A DNA stretch of 16,948 nt, taken from the IMG/VR virus record IMGVR_UViG_3300045988_115596; one strand, 5' to 3'. Source of the DNA: a virus. Under the pieces are notes generated by a model. That model did not search any database and was not told the DNA's origin. It saw only the letters and a program-made list of their open reading frames with translations. Position 1 is the stretch's first letter. The number at the start of each line of letters is the position of its first letter. Positions 6,059 through 11,709 of the stretch are shown piece after piece. The position numbers and the translations under genes were made by a program.

Positions 6059-6594
6059 TGATCCATGATGCTGCCGGCTCCATTGTCGTGGTCTCGGCCG
6101 AATCCGTGAAGATGGCTGGCGAGGGTTGCATTGTCATTAACGCCCGCGCCGTCTACGTCCACAATCAATCTTTGACTTCTGGCCAAGCTGCGATCATCAA
6201 GCACGGCATCGCGACCATACTTGACGATCCTGAGGCTTTAGAAAAGCTGAAGCGGGAGCACGGCATCTCCGGCGTCGATTTGCCACCACGGCACAGCACT
6301 GGGGTTGATGGTGATGGCATGGATGCTCATATCGGGGAATCTGACCGTTTGGACAAAACTCCTGTCGGAACGCAGCCGCTCAGTGAGCTCGCCGACCGTT
6401 GCGGCTGTGGCTCCTGTCACGGTCAACGGCGTGGTCGTTCCCAGGTAAAGAACGAAGTTGAACGTTGCTTCGTCGCTCATTGTTCTTCCTTCCTTCGTTG
6501 TTTGAAAGGTTTGGTTTGTTGTGCGATTACAAGCCTATCGCTGCGGAGGAAGGAGCCTACCCGTCCATCCATGAATCAAGGAGCAGTGAAATGA
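6055..6594 (+). CDS. Hypothetical protein; only the first ~60 codons look coding, and the 3' part is probably a spurious read-through
   Basis: ATGA-coupled to the cro stop, and 6055 to about 6240 has reasonable codon bias. From 6238 it overlaps a better-supported minus-strand gene, then crosses a T-rich intergenic stretch giving a Cys/Arg-rich translation. Confidence 0.3.
   Translation: MMIHDAAGSIVVVSAESVKMAGEGCIVINARAVYVHNQSLTSGQAAIIKHGIATILDDPEALEKLKREHGISGVDLPPRHSTGVDGDGMDAHIGESDRLDKTPVGTQPLSELADRCGCGSCHGQRRGRSQVKNEVERCFVAHCSSFLRCLKGLVCCAITSLSLRRKEPTRPSMNQGAVK
6238..6480 (-). CDS. Hypothetical protein, 80 aa (minus-strand accessory or moron-like gene)
   Basis: A strong SD (GAAGGAAGGAAG) lies just upstream of the ATG at 6480. 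Third codon positions are GC-rich and the translation is balanced (MSDEATFNFVLYLGTTTPLTVTG...). No family was recognised. Confidence 0.6.
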   Translation of the reverse strand: MSDEATFNFVLYLGTTTPLTVTGATAATVGELTERLRSDRSFVQTVRFPDMSIHAITINPSAVPWWQIDAGDAVLPLQLF

Positions 6595-6749
6595 GTGTCA
6601 CAGTCAAACGTGTGGACAGGAAAAGCAGTCAGCGTTTTTACGAGCTGATCGTTGAGACGGCAGAAGTCACCGTGCGCGTCCCGTTCAACGGTTACGAGCT
6701 TGACGATCTTGAGAAACAGATCGACCGATGCTTCAACGAGGAGGATTGA
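6591..6749 (+). CDS. Hypothetical small protein, 52 aa
   Basis: AAGGAG (6578-6583) lies 7 nt before ATG 6591. The 42 upstream codons of track ORF 6465 cross intergenic-looking sequence. The translation is MSVTVKRVDRKSSQRFYELIVETAEVTVRVPFNGYELDDLEKQIDRCFNEED. Confidence 0.6.
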   Translation: MSVTVKRVDRKSSQRFYELIVETAEVTVRVPFNGYELDDLEKQIDRCFNEED

Positions 6750-6751
6750 CC

Positions 6752-6868
6752 GTGAAACGTTTCATCAAGTTCGCTCTTCTGATTCTGCTCAGCCCCTTCG
6801 TGTTGCTCATGCTGGGGCTGGCGCTCTCGATCGTCCTTCTGGACGATTTCCTCAACGACGACAACTGA
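6752..6868 (+). CDS. Small single-pass membrane peptide, 38 aa (below the ORF-track length cut-off)
   Basis: AGGAGGA (6739-6745) lies 6 nt before GTG 6752. The translation is (M)KRFIKFALLILLSPFVLLMLGLALSIVLLDDFLNDDN: a basic N-terminus, a ~24-residue hydrophobic helix and an acidic C-terminus. The stop is TGA 6866-6868. Confidence 0.55.
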   Translation: MKRFIKFALLILLSPFVLLMLGLALSIVLLDDFLNDDN

Positions 6869-7255
6869 CGGCATCCGATAACTTCATAGCCCTTGACCCA
6901 GCCGAAGGTCGGTTGCTGGTGAGGCGTGATAAAGCACCCGGCCGCGCCTTGCCCAGCGCGTTACAAACACGCCCGGAATGCCGGGCGGTTACCACGGCCC
7001 CAGCGGGGAGCTATGCGGGTGTATACAGATCGCTTCACAGCGTCTTGTTCGGGCGCAACTGGGGACCATCGCCGGCATACGTGCCGGGCTGTGCGGCGAG
7101 ACCTTGCGCGCTGCTTCGGCAGCTGACCTATGCGACGGCGCGGCTCCGTTACGAAGCAACCTTGCATGGCGAACCCTAACCCGGAAAACACTTGAGCAAT
7201 CTTGTGTTTTCCGAGCTAGGTTCCCCGCTCTAACGCCCCACCACCCGAAGGGCAC

Positions 7256-7309
7256 ATCATCCACAATTCTTATCCACTTATCCACAGTTCTTATCCACTT
7301 ACCCACAAT
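7256..7309 (+). promoter_or_regulatory. Cluster of five same-orientation DnaA-box-like 9-mers, including a 21-bp tandem duplication
   Basis: The 9-mers are TCATCCACA (7257), TTATCCACT (7270), TTATCCACA (7278, a perfect consensus), TTATCCACT (7291) and TTACCCACA (7299). The units ttcttatccacttatccacag (7267-7287) and ttcttatccacttacccacaa (7288-7308) are 19/21 identical. Confidence 0.6.
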
Positions 7310-7328
7310 ATGAAACGAGGTTCGAGAC

Positions 7329-7670
7329 ATGGGTTATTCGGTTGATTACAAGCCAACACGCCGACGTGCCAAGAGGACGGTGCCGAAGAACAAGGCCCAG
7401 CGCACGAAGGACATCAAGAACGCCATTCGATGGAATATCAGGCAATTGGAGCATGACACTGATGGAGCGGACACCATTGCGCGTTCCCTTGCCATCAGTC
7501 TGCTTCGACTGAACAAGATCGCACCGACGGCCGACCCTAGCGGCGACCATGTGATGCAGCAGCTTATCAGCGACGGTATCTTGGGCAAGCCCGAGAGGCG
7601 CGGCAGTGTGCAGATTTTCGACCGTGCCGAGTTATTGACATCGCTCAAGGCTTGGGTTGGTGTGCTGTGA
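7329..7670 (+). CDS. Hypothetical basic protein, 113 aa (first gene after the DnaA-box cluster)
   Basis: ACGAGG lies 8 nt before the ATG. The N-terminus is Lys/Arg-rich (KPTRRRAKRTVPKNKAQRTKDIKN). The stop overlaps the next gene's GTG (GTGA). No family was recognised. Confidence 0.65.
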   Translation: MGYSVDYKPTRRRAKRTVPKNKAQRTKDIKNAIRWNIRQLEHDTDGADTIARSLAISLLRLNKIAPTADPSGDHVMQQLISDGILGKPERRGSVQIFDRAELLTSLKAWVGVL

Positions 7671-7876
7671 ACCCACGTGCGAAGCTCACGGCCAAACAGG
7701 CGGCCCTATATCTGGGCGTGAGTGAAAGCCTGTTGCGCAAGTGGCGCGGCGAACATTACGGCCCGGTGTTCTACCGGCCCACGGACGCTCCCAACTGCCC
7801 AGTGCTGTATGAGTTGTCGGACTTGGACATGTTCGTAGCGCAGCGCAAGCGCAAGGCGGCCCAGAGTGCCGCGTAG
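7667..7876 (+). CDS. xis: Excisionase / MerR-like HTH DNA-binding protein (Xis family), 69 aa
   Basis: LTAKQAALYLGVSESLLRKWRGEHYGPVFYR...YELSDLDMFV is a typical Xis/AlpA-type helix-turn-helix. GTG 7667 (GTGA coupling) is preferred over the track's TTG at 7652. Confidence 0.7.
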   Translation: MNPRAKLTAKQAALYLGVSESLLRKWRGEHYGPVFYRPTDAPNCPVLYELSDLDMFVAQRKRKAAQSAA

Positions 7877-8588
7877 GCAAGTAGTCGCCCCGTCAATCCG
7901 TTCGGCCGAGATAGCGGCGTGGGGCAACGACTGTTGGTTGGAGCTGCCCGGCTGCACGAAAGTGGGCACCGAAGACGACCATATAGTGCCACATGCGCAT
8001 GGCGGCAAGGACACCGTGCCGAACCTACGCCGCGCGTGCAAGCATTGCAACGCTTCGCGGCAAGACCGCGTGCTGTATGGCTATGGCTGCCGCTTGCACA
8101 TGATCGTATGCCCGCCTGGCTCATGCGACCGGGAGGCCGTGGACTACATAGCCCAGCACGCGAAGCCAACTGACCCGGTTGTGTCGTGGGCTTCGCTGGC
8201 CGCCGCCATGCGCGTGGACGAAGCGGACATGGAGCAGCGGCGGGCCGTGGCTATGGCATGGTCTGCCGCCTACCGCCAGTTCGCCAAGAGCCGCGCGCCG
8301 TTGGACGTGTGGCTGGTGCGCACCATACCAGCCAGCCGCAAGCACCCGCAGATGCTGGCCGAGTGGATAGCGCTGGACTACGACATACAGGTGCTAGACC
8401 CCGGCTACGCCGAGAGCATGGCACGGGCACGTAACGACATGTACCGGCAGCTGGTGCGCCAGTGGTACGCCCTCCACCTGTCGCAAGAGACGATAGACGC
8501 GAGGCAAGCGGCCCGCCGCCAGCGACTCGCGGCCCTTGGCTTGCGTTCCATGCCATCTTCGGTGCCTTCATCGCGCCCGGAATGGTGA
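7866..8588 (+). CDS. HNH endonuclease fused to a ~165-aa C-terminal domain with a degenerate P-loop-like motif, 240 aa
   Basis: The HNH/zinc motif is CWLELPGC...DDHIVPHAHGGKDTVPNLRRACKHCN. The gene lies directly upstream of terS/terL, as in HNH-dependent cos phages. The C-terminal part begins HMIVCPPGSCDRE, resembling a Walker-A GPPGSGKS with the Lys-Ser lost. Confidence 0.8.
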   Translation: MPRRQVVAPSIRSAEIAAWGNDCWLELPGCTKVGTEDDHIVPHAHGGKDTVPNLRRACKHCNASRQDRVLYGYGCRLHMIVCPPGSCDREAVDYIAQHAKPTDPVVSWASLAAAMRVDEADMEQRRAVAMAWSAAYRQFAKSRAPLDVWLVRTIPASRKHPQMLAEWIALDYDIQVLDPGYAESMARARNDMYRQLVRQWYALHLSQETIDARQAARRQRLAALGLRSMPSSVPSSRPEW

Positions 8589-8602
8589 TTTTTTAAACTC
8601 GC

Positions 8603-8636
8603 GGCGCCGGGAAAGACCCCGCGCCCAGTTTTTTCT
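8603..8636 (+). terminator. Intrinsic terminator-like hairpin after the HNH gene (early/late boundary)
   Basis: GGCG(c)CGGG-aaagac-CCCGCGCC forms 8 G:C pairs with one bulge, followed by AG and TTTTTTCT. Confidence 0.55.
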
Positions 8637-8663
8637 CCCCCCAACACGGGAGGAAAAACTGGG
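8624..8663. repeat. 16-bp inverted repeat in the HNH-terS intergenic region (cos or regulatory candidate)
   Basis: CCCAGTTTTTTCTCCC (8624-8639) pairs with GGGAGGAAAAACTGGG (8648-8663), giving 15 Watson-Crick pairs plus one G:T and an 8-nt loop. It shares the T-tract and 3 nt with the preceding terminator hairpin. Confidence 0.8.
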
Positions 8664-8705
8664 CGAAAACGTTGGAATATCAAGGAAAAGAAAGGATACG
8701 GAGAA

Positions 8706-9020
8706 ATGAGCCAAAACACGTTCGACATTTTCGACGATACCGCCGGCCGGCACGTCGGGCAACAGGAAAAGGCCACGCGGCAGCTGATCGAGAGCCTTAC
8801 CGAGCGTTCGGGCGGCGAACTAGACCCATTCGCCACCACGCTATGCGCCAGCCTGTTGTCCCTTGCCCAGAACATCGACACACAGCGCAACGCCGGCAAG
8901 GAGATCAGCCGCAACATGAACACCTATCTGGATAACGTTCAGCGCCTTCAGGACATGTACCCGCCGGAACCGAAGGTGGACGAAGACGTGGCCGCCTATC
9001 TGGCCGAGGCGAAGGCATGA
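8706..9020 (+). CDS. terS: Terminase small subunit (by position), 104 aa
   Basis: It is the first gene after the HNH gene and intergenic hairpins, and its stop is ATGA-coupled to the large terminase. The protein is small, acidic and helical. No motif-level proof. Confidence 0.55.
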   Translation: MSQNTFDIFDDTAGRHVGQQEKATRQLIESLTERSGGELDPFATTLCASLLSLAQNIDTQRNAGKEISRNMNTYLDNVQRLQDMYPPEPKVDEDVAAYLAEAKA

Positions 9021-10471
9021 CCACGCCGCCGAGTATGCGGGCCGGCACGCGCCGCGACCCCTCGCGCCGCACCGACGGCGGCGTGGTGGCGAAGACCGCC
9101 GAACTATTGGGCAAACCGTTGTTGCCGTGGCAACGCTACGTGGCCGACGTGGCCGGCGAGATCGACGAAACGACGGGAACGTATCGGTACGACACCATCG
9201 TGCTTACCACGCCGCGCCAGTGCGGCAAGTCCACGCTGATAGACACCGAGGACACGCGCAATGCCCAGTTGGGCAAAGATAGGAAGATTTACTATTTGGC
9301 GCAGACGGGCAAGGACGCCGAACAGCATTTCAAGGACTATGTGAAGCAATTGCACTCTAGCCGGCTTGGCCCGCTGGCCCTGAAGCCGCGTCTGAGCAAC
9401 GGTGGCATGGAACAGCGGTTCGCCAACGACAGCTTCATACGTCCTTTGGCCGTCACGAAGGTGGCGGGCCACGGCGTGCAGATGGACAAGTTCACTTTGG
9501 ACGAGGCTTTTAGCCTTACCGAAGAGGCCGGCTATATGATCTTGGACGGCTTGGGGCCGACCATGAACACCCGTTTGCGCTTCACCGGCGTGCAACCACA
9601 GATGTGGATTACATCGACCGAAGGCACGGCCGCTTCGACGTTCTTCAACAGCCTGTTGGACGGCTTGCGCGCCGGCGACGTGCCCGAACGCACGGCGTGG
9701 TTCGACTTCGGCTTGCCCGACGACGAAGACCCCGAAGACCTCAAGGCCGTGGCACGCTGGCACCCGGCCGCCGGCCTGTTGTGGGACTTGTGCCAGTTGG
9801 CCGACTTCCGCCAGCAGTTCGGGGACAACAAGGCCGGTTGGGCGCGAGCCTTCGCCAACCGGCGCGACGTGGGCATAGCCGAGCGCGTCATAAACGCCGA
9901 CCTATGGGACGCCACCGCTTGCGAGCCGATAGCGCCCGGCGACTTGGCCGGCCGGCCGGTGGTGTTCGGCGCTGCCGTGGACGTGGACGCCACCCACACG
10001 GCGATTAGCGCCGGCATCAAGGAACACGACGGCACGGTAACGGTCCAGTTGCTCAAGGTGTTGGACGGCACCGGCGCGGCACCCGGCGAGATCACCAGAC
10101 TGTGCGCCACCTACGACGCGCCCTTGTGTATGGACTCGCGCGGCCCGAACGGCGACTTGTGCGACCGATTGCAAGCGCTGGCCGACATCAACGGCGACCC
10201 CGCTGTGCGTTTCGTGGACATGCAAGCCGGCGACTTCCTCAGCGTGGGCCAAGCGTTCGTGAGCGGTCTTGAGAACGGCACCGTCCGCCATGCCGCCGAC
10301 GCTGAATTGGACGCCAGCGCGGCGAACAGCGCGCGCACATGGAGCGGCGACGCTTGGCGCGTGTCAAGGCGCGGCAGCACCGGCCAGACTTCGCCGCTGG
10401 AAAGCGCCATGCTTGCCGCGTGGGGCGTCTCGCACCGGCCCGAACCCGAAGGGCCGTTGCAAATATTCTGA
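9017..10471 (+). CDS. terL: Terminase large subunit, 484 aa
   Basis: The Walker A-like motif is VLTTPRQCGKSTL. Size and position (between terS and portal) are typical of HK97-type TerL. Confidence 0.88.
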   Translation: MTTPPSMRAGTRRDPSRRTDGGVVAKTAELLGKPLLPWQRYVADVAGEIDETTGTYRYDTIVLTTPRQCGKSTLIDTEDTRNAQLGKDRKIYYLAQTGKDAEQHFKDYVKQLHSSRLGPLALKPRLSNGGMEQRFANDSFIRPLAVTKVAGHGVQMDKFTLDEAFSLTEEAGYMILDGLGPTMNTRLRFTGVQPQMWITSTEGTAASTFFNSLLDGLRAGDVPERTAWFDFGLPDDEDPEDLKAVARWHPAAGLLWDLCQLADFRQQFGDNKAGWARAFANRRDVGIAERVINADLWDATACEPIAPGDLAGRPVVFGAAVDVDATHTAISAGIKEHDGTVTVQLLKVLDGTGAAPGEITRLCATYDAPLCMDSRGPNGDLCDRLQALADINGDPAVRFVDMQAGDFLSVGQAFVSGLENGTVRHAADAELDASAANSARTWSGDAWRVSRRGSTGQTSPLESAMLAAWGVSHRPEPEGPLQIF

Positions 10472-10542
10472 CCATGTACGGCTGTGGCGGACTGTGGCGG
10501 GCAATGGCGCGCGCCACTCGCCACGGCCATGCGTGAGCGCGC

Positions 10543-11709
10543 ATGATGTGCCGCATGAACGACTTCGGTTTTTTTCAGCGGCTACGCTTCGCCGGCAAGA
10601 TCATCACGCGCGGCGTGGCCGCCGTGGACGACATGCCGGCCGAGATAATGCCGCCCAGCCGCACGGCCGCGTATGACCCGCTTCAACTGTCAACCGTGTT
10701 CCGTGGCGTTCAGGTGCTTCAAACCGCCATAGCCGGCTTGCCGTTGCACGAAATGCGCGGCGGCGTGAAGCTCAACACGCTTACGTCCATCATCGACCGC
10801 CCGGACGCCAACCGAAGCCGACGCGACTTCATAAGCGACATCGTGGCGTCGCTGTGTCTGGATGGCAACGCCTTCGTTCGCAAGCTGAGGTATGGCGGCG
10901 AAGTGGTGTCGTGCCAAGTCTTGCCGCCGTCACTGGTGACCGTGCGCGACGACGGCCGCGACCCCGCCGCGCCGGTGCTTCGCTATTCGTATCTTGGCCG
11001 CGAGTACACGCCCGACGATGTTACCCATCTGAAGTTCCTGAACGTTCCCGGCCGGTTGCGCGGCCTTGGCCCCATTTCGGCGGCACGCGAGGAGGTGGAG
11101 GGCGCGAAGATGGCCCGCGACTACAAGGCCCGGTTCTACACCGATTCCTCCAACGTGAAGGGCTATCTGAAGAGCGACCAGAAGATCACGCCCGACAGCG
11201 CGAAACAGGCGAAGGACGATTGGGGCAAGGCCGGCAAGGCCGGCGACATCAAGGTGGTTGGCAGCAACCTAACCTATGTGCCCTTGGACATGAAGCCGGC
11301 CGACCTTCAGTTTTTGGAAACACAGAAGTTCGACACAACCCAGATCGCCCGCCTGTTGGGCATCCCGGCCAGCATCATGCTTGCCGCCGTGGACGGCAGC
11401 AACCTTACTTATTCCAACATCGAGCAAAGCTGGATTGAGTTTGCCGACTACACCCTTGCGGCATATACGGGAGAGCTTGAGGAACTGTTAAGCGGCCTGT
11501 TGCCGCGTGGCCGCGTTGTGCGCTTCGACTGGGATAGTTCGCGCCGCGCCGATATGGCCGACCGTTACAACGCCTACAAGACCGCCATAGGTTCCGGTTG
11601 GCTCACCGTGGACGATGTGCGCGAACGCGAGGGCTTGCCGCCGTTGACACCCGAACAGGCGGCCCAGATTCAATCGATTGGAGGCAATGCAAATGAGCAA
11701 CGAGCATGA
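10543..11709 (+). CDS. Portal protein (HK97 family), 388 aa
   Basis: Portal-like segments include IIDRPDANRSRRDFISDIVASLCLDGNAFV and QKFDTTQIARLLGIPASIM. It lies between terL and the protease/capsid gene. The start is ambiguous (ATG 10543, 10546 or 10555). Confidence 0.88.
   Translation: MMCRMNDFGFFQRLRFAGKIITRGVAAVDDMPAEIMPPSRTAAYDPLQLSTVFRGVQVLQTAIAGLPLHEMRGGVKLNTLTSIIDRPDANRSRRDFISDIVASLCLDGNAFVRKLRYGGEVVSCQVLPPSLVTVRDDGRDPAAPVLRYSYLGREYTPDDVTHLKFLNVPGRLRGLGPISAAREEVEGAKMARDYKARFYTDSSNVKGYLKSDQKITPDSAKQAKDDWGKAGKAGDIKVVGSNLTYVPLDMKPADLQFLETQKFDTTQIARLLGIPASIMLAAVDGSNLTYSNIEQSWIEFADYTLAAYTGELEELLSGLLPRGRVVRFDWDSSRRADMADRYNAYKTAIGSGWLTVDDVREREGLPPLTPEQAAQIQSIGGNANEQRA

Noticed and set aside
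7267-7308. A CRISPR array or other spacer-repeat structure
   Set aside because: There are only two adjacent 21-bp units with no spacers. The repeats are explained as duplicated DnaA-box pairs. No CRISPR-like array occurs elsewhere in the window.
6652-7330. Protein-coding ORFs across the 6869-7328 gap (6652-7179, 6926-7126, 6978-7313, 6961-7191 minus, 6989-7330 minus)
   Set aside because: All are Arg/Pro/Cys/Ala-rich and lack an SD. They overlap one another in several frames and run through the DnaA-box repeats. The region is treated as non-coding.
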